Below, in pieces: positions 11,758 to 21,561 of a stretch of DNA of 64,000 nucleotides (positions within the stretch are counted from its first letter, which is position 1; the number at the start of each line of letters is the position of its first letter). Below the pieces are notes generated by a model that was not told where the DNA came from, did no database searches, and was given only the letters and a program-made list of their open reading frames with translations. Both the position numbers and the translations under genes were made by a program. The DNA is from Epithemia pelagica (lineage: Eukaryota; Protista; Bacillariophyta). Location of the stretch: contig OX337230.1 in NCBI GenBank assembly GCA_946965045.2, positions 3,844,001 through 3,908,000 of the forward strand, written 5' to 3'.

Positions 11758-11821
11758 TTACGTAAAATAAACCATTCTAAATACTGAATAATTGTTGTCC
11801 TTTACTTTCATCATCGTGGCC

Positions 11822-12907
11822 TTAGTCGCTTTCTTCTTCTTCATCGTCATCTTCGTCTTCGTCGTGCAAATCCTGATCTTTCTCGTTGTTGTTGCCTTCG
11901 TCATCTTCCTCGTCATCCGAATCCGAATCTGAATCCTCATCTTCATCTCCTTCATCATCCGACTTCTCGGATTCCTCGTCGTCGTTGCCATCTGAAGATT
12001 CATCTTGCTCATCCTGGCTGCCAGTCCTCATGCCCGACGCCAGATTGTAGCACCAGAACAACTCTTGATTTTTTTTAATGTTGCGTTTGGCTGTAGCCTT
12101 GAGCTTTCCATCGACCTGGACGTTGTAGCATTTGTCGTCCGGGTCAACAGGTTGGTTGTCGTGATACTTGGCATAGTTTGGATCGTTTGCAAAGTGCAAA
12201 CCCATCCAAAGGTCTGCCGCGGATGGATCAACCAAGACAGAAGGCCTTGTACGCAGTCGGACAGCGTAAGCAGAAGGCGGACGAGACTTGTCAAGGACCT
12301 TACCACCATAGAATCCCAGCATTTCGCCTTTTTTGTAGGGCTTTGCTGCAAAAAGCCCGAGACGAGCGTTGTCCAAGGTTGATCGCTTGATGACAAACAA
12401 GTCTTCGTCGACGTACCGAACAATGCACTCGTACTTTTGTGAATTGTCGTTTAGGTCCACCATCATTGTCCCTCCGACAAGTAGATTGTTCTTGTGTTTC
12501 TTGTTGATTCCCGACCCTTTCTTATTGTTGTATTTACTTGGAGCATAGTGTTTGATTGCTGTGCCAACAGGTTTGCCCTTGGAGCCGTGGGCTTTCCGGA
12601 CCTGTGCACCTTCGATGCTCACGATGCCCTTGATGTGGGAGGAAATGAACCGATATAATTCGGTTCTTTCCTCCAAAGTACCTGATCCATACAGGCCTTC
12701 AAGCTTGGCCATGAGATTCTCCGCCTTCACTGCCCGTGGCGTTCTCGTTGTTGCAATCTTCTTCCTCGCTCGTTGTTTCTGATTGAGCTCATCCATTTTG
12801 TATTTTCGATTTTGCTGCATGCGACGAGGCGGCTTTGCTGCTCTTGTTCGTGTTCTTGCGGAACTCGCCTGTTGCTTTGTAGCGGAACGTGTCTGTCGCT
12901 TTCCCAT
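11822..12907 (-). CDS. SET-domain protein (putative lysine methyltransferase) with basic N-terminus and Asp/Glu-rich tail, transposon passenger
   Basis: STLDNARLGLFAAKPYKKGEMLGFYGG, GLHFANDP and ATAKRNIKKNQELFWCY match the SET consensus. Probable ATG at 12907; the ORF track extends to 13048 without an ATG. Confidence 0.85.
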   Translation of the reverse strand: MGKRQTRSATKQQASSARTRTRAAKPPRRMQQNRKYKMDELNQKQRARKKIATTRTPRAVKAENLMAKLEGLYGSGTLEERTELYRFISSHIKGIVSIEGAQVRKAHGSKGKPVGTAIKHYAPSKYNNKKGSGINKKHKNNLLVGGTMMVDLNDNSQKYECIVRYVDEDLFVIKRSTLDNARLGLFAAKPYKKGEMLGFYGGKVLDKSRPPSAYAVRLRTRPSVLVDPSAADLWMGLHFANDPNYAKYHDNQPVDPDDKCYNVQVDGKLKATAKRNIKKNQELFWCYNLASGMRTGSQDEQDESSDGNDDEESEKSDDEGDEDEDSDSDSDDEEDDEGNNNEKDQDLHDEDEDDDEEEESD

Positions 12908-13257
12908 GGCTGTTGCAGGCTGCTGCACTTTGTCGCTGTCGAAAAATTCTGACTGCTGCACTTTTATGAACTTGGGCTGCTGCACTTTTTGGAGAAGGCG
13001 CAGAAACGCCAACCCCTTTGAGCTTCCGAATGAGAGTGAAAACCGCATTGACAGTCATCAGACTGTCGTTTGTACACTGTGGACCAGTCTATTTTTGGTG
13101 TCACCAATAAACTTCGCAGCACTTGAGAGGTACAAAAAAGATTCTCTCATAAAATTTGCTTCTGGAAAAAGTGAAACAGAGTCTCGTGCATGACAAGCCT
13201 ACAAGTATGAAGATGAAGAGGAGTTCTATGGTACGTAAATGTGTTACAATTTGAATT

Positions 13258-16200
13258 TCAGCGTTCTGCTTCTTGTGCCTCCTTCCAGACTTGCTGGATG
13301 AACGAGTGCTCTTGATCGAGCGTGCACCGGTGAGTCTTCATACTCACATTCACATACTTCTCGATTTCGACAAACAGGATGTCATCTGTTGCACTTTGAT
13401 TCCTGCTGTCAAACAACAAATAGGTAAGCATGTACCGCCTTGCTTTCGCTGAGAACCTGCGAACGGTTCTCAGCGAAACTTTCCCCATACTGTCTCTCAC
13501 CACTTGCATGAACTTCGTCTTGTTGCCTTTCTTGTTTCTTGTCAAGCGTCGAAAGTATCGCTTCCCAAGACCCCATGCGTACTCGATCCCTTCACCCGCC
13601 AGTTCGCAGTGGTATTTTGGTGTGACGAGGATTTCAAGGTTGCGAGAATATCGCTGCGAGAGATCAGCCGCCAGTTGTTCGAGGGCTGATCTCTCATTCT
13701 TGAAGTCCTCGCACGATCCCATCAGGTAAGTCAAGGAATACTTCTTGTATTCCTCCATCTTGTCCTCACGGACCTGTCCTGAACCATCCAACCATGTCTT
13801 ACTCATGTCCTTGCGGTATTCCTGGAGCTTGGTGGTGTCAATGAAACCACGCTCGCCCAGAACTTGGAAGAGACCCTTTGGTTGCCCGAGCCAGCCCTGC
13901 TCCATGACAACTCGGTCTACCTCGGTTGGTAGCTGCCTTGCTGTCGAAATTGCCTGGAGCTGGTCAAGGGATTTGGAATGGTAGGCTTGAAGTGCCCTGT
14001 CGCCATGTTGAGCTCCTTGTTGAATGTCATGGCGAATGAGCTCACCAATCAATTCTTTCTTGGACAGCTTGTGTTTCTTTGTTTGATTGGTTGGGTGGTC
14101 GAACTTCATTCGTTGTCGTTGCTCCTCAGTGAGAGGAACACCCTTATAAGCAAATGGGCCAGGGTCCGCATCCGTGTATACCATGGATTGCTTCGACCCT
14201 GGCTGAAGACGATGAGGGTGTGGATATGGACCGATGCACTCAACAATTGTCTCATGCATTTTGGGTACCACTCCACCCCAATCCTTGTTCATGGTCTTCT
14301 CATTGAGCCCATCCTTCTGTTTTCGTCCATGACCGCTACTGTTGTCAAAGAGAAAAGCAAAATCAAAGGATGGATAGAGGACCATCAAACAATCAACCAA
14401 GTCCTCAAATTGGAGGGCCATGTGATCGTAGTTCCACCAGCCATCATTGTTGGATCCATAGTCAAAATACGTGCAGAACGCACTGGCATCCGTGATCTGC
14501 CGGATCCGCTTGCTGCTGCCACCAAGTACTTGACTGGCAGAGTCCTCGGCCAAGTACGTCTGCGCTCGACGAGATTGATTGATTGCCTCAAGCTTCTCGG
14601 GGGTGAGCAGGACAACTTCGCCTGAGTTGTCTGAATAGAACCCCCATGCGCGACTCACGAATGCACTAAGCATTAAACCGTGCCCGTCGTCTTTGGGCAA
14701 AAGAACTCCACGCTCTTTGTGGTCCCCCCAACTCTTCTTCGAGAAGGACCATTGCTTGAAAATGGCTTCATCTTGGCCAACAAGCACAACAGGACGACGC
14801 TCAGAAGGGAAACGATGCGACAAATTTCCTCCCAGCAGCTTGTTTTCATCTCTAATGTATGATGAAAACACATCAGGAAAACAATCTACATGGTATTCTT
14901 GCATTGTTTGGTTCGTCGAAGGGTCTCGAAACTCGAAAGCCCAAACATCCTTCATGAGCTTTTCGGAGACACCCTCAATCTCCCCGTTTTCTAGTTTGAT
15001 TGCTTGGTCGGATGGAATCTGAATCCATCGATGCGCAAGCTTTTCCAACTCGAAGTATTTCGAGATGAACTGCTTCCGGGCTTGAACATTGTCGGCGTCC
15101 TCGTGACGGTCCGTGTAGTATGTCTTCTTTGTTTCAGAGAATCGAAACCCAGCATAGGTGAGAATCTTCCATGCCGCACCGACTGAAACACTGGGGAGAT
15201 TCACTTTTTGACGGAACTCGTCCAACGTGAGCGGCTCTGTGGATGGCTCCCCATCTTCGGTGTCCGTCTGTTGCTCTTTTTTATATATCAATGGGATCAA
15301 ACTGTCTCGAATGTACATGGCTGCCATCTCGCAGGAGAGGGTCTCCAGATGTTGGCTCGCCCACTTCTGCAGCAATGGGAGTGCTTCTGGATATTGAGCC
15401 AGAAAGCATGGGCACGGCTTCTTCCCAATCTGGATGTACCAGTTTGGATGCGGGAACTTGCCGCTGACCCGGAATGCAACGTTGGCTCTTTGCACAGTCC
15501 GCCAATTCTGCAGACCGCTTTTTGTGATTCTACTCCGTTCGGTTGCATATTTGCAACACGAAGTCCACGTGGCACCATCCTCCATGGTGTGCAGGGCTCG
15601 CTCATACGCAAGCCTCAGCACCCGCATCCTCATAAGCATCTTTGGGACACAAGAGTTTGGCGGTGGCTCATCTTGGCCCTTGTTGACAAGAGTCAAAAAA
15701 CAATCAAACCGTTGTTCCGCCATTTCAAGTGACTCAATCCACCGTTCCAGCTTCTTTCTCGTTGTCTCCCCATTCACTCTCGGACCAAAGATTTTGCTCA
15801 CAACGGGCCGGTCGAAGAAATCTACGGCAGAAGAGTCACTGGAGGCATTGGAATGCTCGTTGTTGTTGTTGTTTCCATTGTCGTTTCCTGTGCCTGTGGT
15901 TGTTGTTGTTGTGGTGGTTTCCAGTGCCTCTTCCAAAATCTGCTCTGGGCTTGGTGGTGATGACGCTGCCGTTGTGGCAGTTTCATCATCCTTGATTGGT
16001 GTTGTGGGTTTCTTGCGTTTGTTCCTCCCTCCAATTCGAATCCGATTGTGGCTTATGAATTTAAGCCACTCGTCAATAGTGTGGTTGAATTGAGGTGGTG
16101 GATCGGTCTGACGAGCCGAAACATAGTAGAATATTTGTTTCCCACCTCGACGTCGCACCTCGTGGCGGTAGATACCCTTGGGATTCCACTCTTGCGATAG

Positions 16201-16524
16201 GAAATGGAGTCGCCATTCACTACCTGAGCGCATTAAAGATCGATTCATCATTGTTGCGTCGGATAATTCCGGAATCCACTGCTTCAAGAAGACGGCAATC
16301 TCAGCGTCAATAATCCACCGGTTTGTCCAGAGGAAGCGTATTGGATGGCATCTGAAGCCAAATTCGTCGCATATGGTTGTGTATGGCTCTGTTATATGAT
16401 TGAACCATTTTGTCTGTTCGGGCACAGGCAGAGAGATGGAGGATGAGGGGACTGCCCACGATGTTCGACAGTAGCTACTTTCACTGCTCCTGGAGACTGA
16501 ACCACAGGTCGAAATGCGCGACAC
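13258..16524 (-). CDS. IS630/Tc1/mariner-like DDE transposase with a long insertion between the second D and the E; start uncertain (GTG in the track)
   Basis: VGQDEAIF, FLFDNSSGH and TPKYHCELAGEGIEYAWG catalytic-type motifs; uninterrupted 1088-codon ORF adjacent to a TIR. Confidence 0.85.
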   Translation of the reverse strand: MSRISTCGSVSRSSESSYCRTSWAVPSSSISLPVPEQTKWFNHITEPYTTICDEFGFRCHPIRFLWTNRWIIDAEIAVFLKQWIPELSDATMMNRSLMRSGSEWRLHFLSQEWNPKGIYRHEVRRRGGKQIFYYVSARQTDPPPQFNHTIDEWLKFISHNRIRIGGRNKRKKPTTPIKDDETATTAASSPPSPEQILEEALETTTTTTTTGTGNDNGNNNNNEHSNASSDSSAVDFFDRPVVSKIFGPRVNGETTRKKLERWIESLEMAEQRFDCFLTLVNKGQDEPPPNSCVPKMLMRMRVLRLAYERALHTMEDGATWTSCCKYATERSRITKSGLQNWRTVQRANVAFRVSGKFPHPNWYIQIGKKPCPCFLAQYPEALPLLQKWASQHLETLSCEMAAMYIRDSLIPLIYKKEQQTDTEDGEPSTEPLTLDEFRQKVNLPSVSVGAAWKILTYAGFRFSETKKTYYTDRHEDADNVQARKQFISKYFELEKLAHRWIQIPSDQAIKLENGEIEGVSEKLMKDVWAFEFRDPSTNQTMQEYHVDCFPDVFSSYIRDENKLLGGNLSHRFPSERRPVVLVGQDEAIFKQWSFSKKSWGDHKERGVLLPKDDGHGLMLSAFVSRAWGFYSDNSGEVVLLTPEKLEAINQSRRAQTYLAEDSASQVLGGSSKRIRQITDASAFCTYFDYGSNNDGWWNYDHMALQFEDLVDCLMVLYPSFDFAFLFDNSSGHGRKQKDGLNEKTMNKDWGGVVPKMHETIVECIGPYPHPHRLQPGSKQSMVYTDADPGPFAYKGVPLTEEQRQRMKFDHPTNQTKKHKLSKKELIGELIRHDIQQGAQHGDRALQAYHSKSLDQLQAISTARQLPTEVDRVVMEQGWLGQPKGLFQVLGERGFIDTTKLQEYRKDMSKTWLDGSGQVREDKMEEYKKYSLTYLMGSCEDFKNERSALEQLAADLSQRYSRNLEILVTPKYHCELAGEGIEYAWGLGKRYFRRLTRNKKGNKTKFMQVVRDSMGKVSLRTVRRFSAKARRYMLTYLLFDSRNQSATDDILFVEIEKYVNVSMKTHRCTLDQEHSFIQQVWKEAQEAER

Positions 16525-18685
16525 CCCTATGATTTTCTACTACTTTTATATCTATCCTATCGATTAGGTTGGGTGGTGTTTCGCATTTCGACCGGCGAAT
16601 GGCCATCGTCGCATGAAGCGGTCACTAGTCGTTATTGCATTTTGCATTTTTCAATATGTGCGTGACAAAATGTGAGGAACACGAAAACCGTAAGTGATCC
16701 GAAACGCTGGGGTACTGTGGGCTAAAGTGTAGTATACAATTTCCCACTATGAAAAACTCATGCACTCCGCAACGTGAACCAGCTTGTAAAATGGGGTGGC
16801 TTTGCCAGCTCTCCAACTGCCAGCAAGCGGCCCTGCGTGGATGACGGTTGGTTGTTTCATGTTTCATAATTCATAATACCGGACAAGCACACAATCCTTT
16901 TCTCTTGCCAAAGCACATCGTATCAATGACATGCCAGGTGAGCTTGATCCATTGAGGATTGCCTTGACAATTACATTGCTCATGCTCACTCACACTTGTC
17001 ACTTTTGCTTGCTCTGCTCATGGGACCAGAGTCTGCTCGTCTGCTGTGTCTCTGGCTCAGCAGCTCATTACTTGCCATTGTTCATTTCTGTCAAAATGAT
17101 AGCCATAACTTCCATTGCATTTATCCACAGACTATAGACCTCCTTTTCTTTATTAACTAGAAATAGAACTCAAGTGCTAGCCATCCATAGAGCGTAGTGC
17201 CTTCTGTATTCGTGTAGTACATCAGTTTTCTGTTTTGAGCACGTCAATGACCCTCAGTTTCACCATGAACACACGACAGAGCAGCTCTTACACGCTTGTA
17301 CAGCTACAAATTGAATCATTCGCTGTTTGAATCTAGCTCTAGGAGCTGATAATTGGAAAGTAGGGTGTGGCAAGTGGCAAGAGCAAGATGGGGCCATCTA
17401 CTTGAAGCAAAAACAACAAAATGTTCGGTCGTTGAGAAATGATTGACAATGATACTATGAATAGTGAATCATCTATCCTACAGAAAACATGAAAGTAACC
17501 AACCAGCCAACAATCAAACGACAAAAGAATTACAAGAAGGGGAAAGGGAAGGATATTCCACTTGACCACAAGCAGCTTATACCCAGTCTACTCGTACAAC
17601 ATGAGACAAATCCAAAGGATCATGCAAGAACAAAAGGAAAGATTGCAGCAGTGATGAGTAAGAAGAAAGAAAAGGAGACGACAAGATTAGAAATAAGCAG
17701 CAGTAGTGAGAAGTTAAATGCGATTCAGCCCAGCATGATCCGTCCATGGTTCTTACCTCACGTCATGGTCAAGCATTTGCCTCGGTTTTGGGTTTTGTGA
17801 CAGACGAGAACAAGAGGGTTGCCCAAATTTATGAGCATTCAGAAACCACTGGACGCAAGCCGACCTTGATGTAACGGTGTTGGCAATTAGAGATACTTAG
17901 AGCTACCTGGAGCAGTGGCGGGCGATATTCAAAAAAGATAGGGTTGGGGATATGTCTGGCCGCCTCACCAATATGGAGGGGAAATAATGGCGAATGAGAG
18001 TTGAGGTGATATGGGGACGTAGCCGACATAGCAGCTGCTCGCCGAGACGAGTCATGCGGGAGCGAGTTCGCTGACGTCCCGACCGAGTGCAGACTTTTGT
18101 TACGTCATCAAACCCATGTCGCAGCAACGATGTATTGTTAACGGTTGTGTAAGAGTATGGATTAGAATGTACCACCCAGTTTCCGTTTGTGACGTGTAAG
18201 GGAGGTGACGTGGTGATGTCCGACCATCATCAGCGTTTCCGAATCGGAACAATGAAGAAAGGGGTGTCGGAAACATGCGACCCCAAATGATTCGTTTTTC
18301 TTGCCCCCTTTACGAACTGCGGCCTTTTGTGACAAGGACGATGGCCCCCAATGCCCCGCTCCGAACGGGCTTGGCCCCCTTTCTTGGGTGCATCGTTGGA
18401 TACCACTGACTTTGGGGACCAACTGGCGATGTGTCGCTTGCTCGCGATTGGACCAGAGACACAGCGGAACCAAACAAAGCACACCAAGGACAAAGAGGTG
18501 GCCGTGTCCAACACGTGAGAGAGAAGAGAGGAGACCGTCGGTTTGTTGGATGGAAACACACAAAAGAGAAGAGTTGCTGTCAAAACAAGCGGAGGCAAAA
18601 AGCAGAATCCAAATCTTGGAAGCAATCATAAAATCAAAGATTCATTGAAAGGAAGAAGAAGAAGAAGAAGAAAACTTTCAGAATC

Positions 18686-19402
18686 ATGTTGCTGAACGAT
18701 CAATCCTACCATACGCTCTTGTTTCCCAACAAAAATGACGGCAGTACCAGCAGCTCCTCCTCCAAGTCTTCGTTGGTGGTCTTTCAAGAAAAGCGCAACT
18801 TGTCCATGGTCTTTTTGGCAGCGGCCGGTGTCGTGGCGGCCTTGTTCGGCGGCTTGTTGATTGGAGCCACGATTGAAAATACCCGTGTCGCGCATTGCAG
18901 TACCAACACATCGTTGTCGGATGTGTGGATGTGTCCGGCCGGAATGACACCCTTTCCTCCCTCCCCCGCTGTCGTGGTGATCCCCTCCTCTGCGGCACCA
19001 CAAGAAGCAACGACGAGTAGTCGATCAACGACCCTTCCCATCGAACCGGTGGCGGTCGAACCCAAGGGTCCCTTGGCGGTGTTGAAACCGGCCGTGATTG
19101 AAATTGGGGTCTTGGCCTTGATGCAAGCCTTTGGGGTTCGATTCCTCAAGCATTCCCTGGCATTTGCTGTGCGCAAAGTGCCCCAATTCGGCAGCCGCAT
19201 TTTGCCCGTCTTGTCGACGGCCCGTCATGTGGCTCGCAAATCGGCCGGGGGCTTTTACAAACTCACCAAGCTCGTGTACAAGAAAACGGCGGCGTCCAAG
19301 GTGGTGACCCGGACCAAGAAAATTGTCAAGAATATTGTCAAAAAGAACAAGAAAAAGAAGATGCAGAAGCAAAAACAAAAGGAAGCGGAAGAAAAGAAGT
19401 GA
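18686..19402 (+). CDS. Hypothetical membrane protein (238 aa) with Lys-rich C-terminus
   Basis: ATG-initiated ORF with hydrophobic segments MVFLAAAGVVAALFGGLLIGA and IEIGVLALMQAFGV. Confidence 0.6.
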   Translation: MLLNDQSYHTLLFPNKNDGSTSSSSSKSSLVVFQEKRNLSMVFLAAAGVVAALFGGLLIGATIENTRVAHCSTNTSLSDVWMCPAGMTPFPPSPAVVVIPSSAAPQEATTSSRSTTLPIEPVAVEPKGPLAVLKPAVIEIGVLALMQAFGVRFLKHSLAFAVRKVPQFGSRILPVLSTARHVARKSAGGFYKLTKLVYKKTAASKVVTRTKKIVKNIVKKNKKKKMQKQKQKEAEEKK

Positions 19403-19960
19403 AGGACCAGGCCATGGTGATTCTCAAGATCCATGGAACATTCTCTGGTTGGCAGTCTACCTGTTTGCAATGAACCTTTTTTCTTGTTCAGGATGGATAC
19501 AACCATTCACACTATCATCATCACAAGCGCGCGCATGACACAAGATGGGGTCTCGAGAAGATTCACCCCTTGCCACTCACATACATGACCAGAGAGCGAT
19601 GCCAAATAGATCGCTTCTGGTTGCAAGGTGCGATAGATAGAGTATGGCCGACAACGACACTGCATATAATAAGCTAGCCATGTTATTTTGTTCTTTCAAA
19701 CTATCATTTCTAGAGGAGTAATCAATTGAAGTAGGGAGCGGTAGTTCCTGGCTGTCTACGCTGTCTACAGAATAGTCGCCACTCTATCGGACCAAGAACA
19801 AGATTGCGTCTTGAATTGTACGTTTTCCCAATTGAATGTCACCGTGATGCCGGTGTTTGACACAAAAGAGCTATCGAGACGAGCCTATAACAGTGACCTC
19901 AACACAACTACCTGTGAACTTCCTCTATTGTTTGAACAGGCCAATAACATTATGCTACTA

Positions 19961-21245
19961 CTAGTCCAATTCCTTGGGTGTAAGGGGATGATCGTCGTCG
20001 TCGGCATGTCGTTTGTCCAAAATGGTATCAATGACCCCAAACTCCTTGGCTTGTTGGACATTCATGAAATAATCGCGATCCATGACGCGTTCAATTTCCG
20101 ACAAGTCTTGTCCGGTATGATGGACAAACAAGTTGTTGAGATTGGCCCGGGTTCGTAAAATTTCGCGGGCTTGAATGTCAATGTCGGCCGCCATGCCTTG
20201 GGCACCGCCACTGGGTTGATGCAACATGATGCGGGCATTGGGCAGGGCAAAGCGACAGCCCGGAGAGCCACCGGCCAATAACAAACTCCCCATGGACGCC
20301 GCCTGACCCATGCAAATGGTATGAATCTATCAACAGACGCAACAACAACAACGACAACAACAAGACAACAAAAAAGGAGGAGGAGAACCGAACCAGGACC
20401 AGCAAGACACACCACCGTGGTTAGTAGTTGGACCGAGGGTTGGGTACAAATCGTGACGACCAAACAGAACCACAACAGGGCAACCACAACAACAATCATT
20501 TGCGGCTTGTGTGTACGTACTTCGGGTCGAATGTATTGCATAGTATCGTACATGGCCATGCCAGCCGTCACCTGTGTGTCACCACCCAAAGCACGTGCGC
20601 ACAAAGAAGAAAAAGGAGAAGAAGAAAAACATTTACTGTGAGAGAGAACCTATCAAAGTACCTGCCACTGTCAATCCACGATGGACCAGAGCCATAACAG
20701 TTGTCGTCATTGCTTTGTTATTGCTTTTCCATTTTGTTTTGGTTGTTTGTTTGAACAATACGTACCACACCCCCGGGCGAATTAATGTACATGTAGACTG
20801 GTTTGGTGGGATGTTCGGCTTCCAAAAACAAGAGTTGCGCCGTGACCAAGGATGCCATGGTATCCGTGACTTGTCCATGAACACAGACAATGCGTTCTCG
20901 CAACAAGCGTGAAAATATATCAAAGGATCGTTCGCCCAAACTACCACTTTCCAACACAATGGGCACCGTGTAGGAACGACGAATGGTGGTGCCAGGACTG
21001 GTAGGCACCGCCTTGATGCTTTTGGAAAGTACGGTCCATGAAGCGTGACGGAGAAAACGAGGAGGATTTCTAGTTGTTGTTGTTGGTGTCGTCTGGTTGG
21101 TGGTCGTCACGAGTGTCCGAACCGTGGTGGTGGAGGACGACAACAACACACGCCGGTTCGTCGTCGTCTTGATGGGGGTGGTGATGGGGATTGTCGCCAG
21201 CCGTCTCATGGTGGTGGATGCCGCCGTCCCAAGAACCATGACCAA
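19961..21245 (-). CDS. clpP: ATP-dependent Clp protease proteolytic subunit, probably mitochondrial; exons 21245-20766, 20571-20521, 20326-19961
   Basis: [19 protein letters not shown]|[21 protein letters not shown] (catalytic Ser) and IMLHQP (His). GT-AG introns restore the frame (897 nt). Long Arg/Thr-rich presequence. Confidence 0.93.
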
Positions 21246-21561
21246 ATAGAACTACCTAGATAGAATGAATGAAACAACGATGACACCTTCTTCTTCTTCT
21301 CGTTCCAAAACGAACGAACGACAAGAGAAGGAAAGAGAGAGTCAAAAGATCCCATTCTCTTTTGGTGAGCGTCTGATATGCGATCCGTTACAGCGACTCT
21401 GACGCGTCTAACATGAAGGGCTCGCAGGCGCGCACATGCGGAGCTTCCTCGCTGGCGCGCACGCCGCGATACAGAAAACTACTCTCATCTTGAAAAAGGA
21501 ACGCATAGACTATCTTATGTGCTGAGACAACTTTCGAACTCTTGGACCATGATTAGGAACC

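Larger units (their letters stand above)
9815..16786 (-). mobile_element. Autonomous IS630/Tc1/mariner-superfamily DNA transposon (6972 bp) carrying three passenger genes
   Basis: 31-bp TIRs at 9815-9845 and 16756-16786 (one mismatch), TA at 9813-9814 and 16787-16788, and a DDE transposase inside. Both ends match the MITE at 63-640. Confidence 0.9.

Noticed and set aside
16800-18650. Several 60-155 aa ORFs downstream of the transposon
   Set aside because: Overlapping in multiple frames with no domain signal; not distinguishable from chance.
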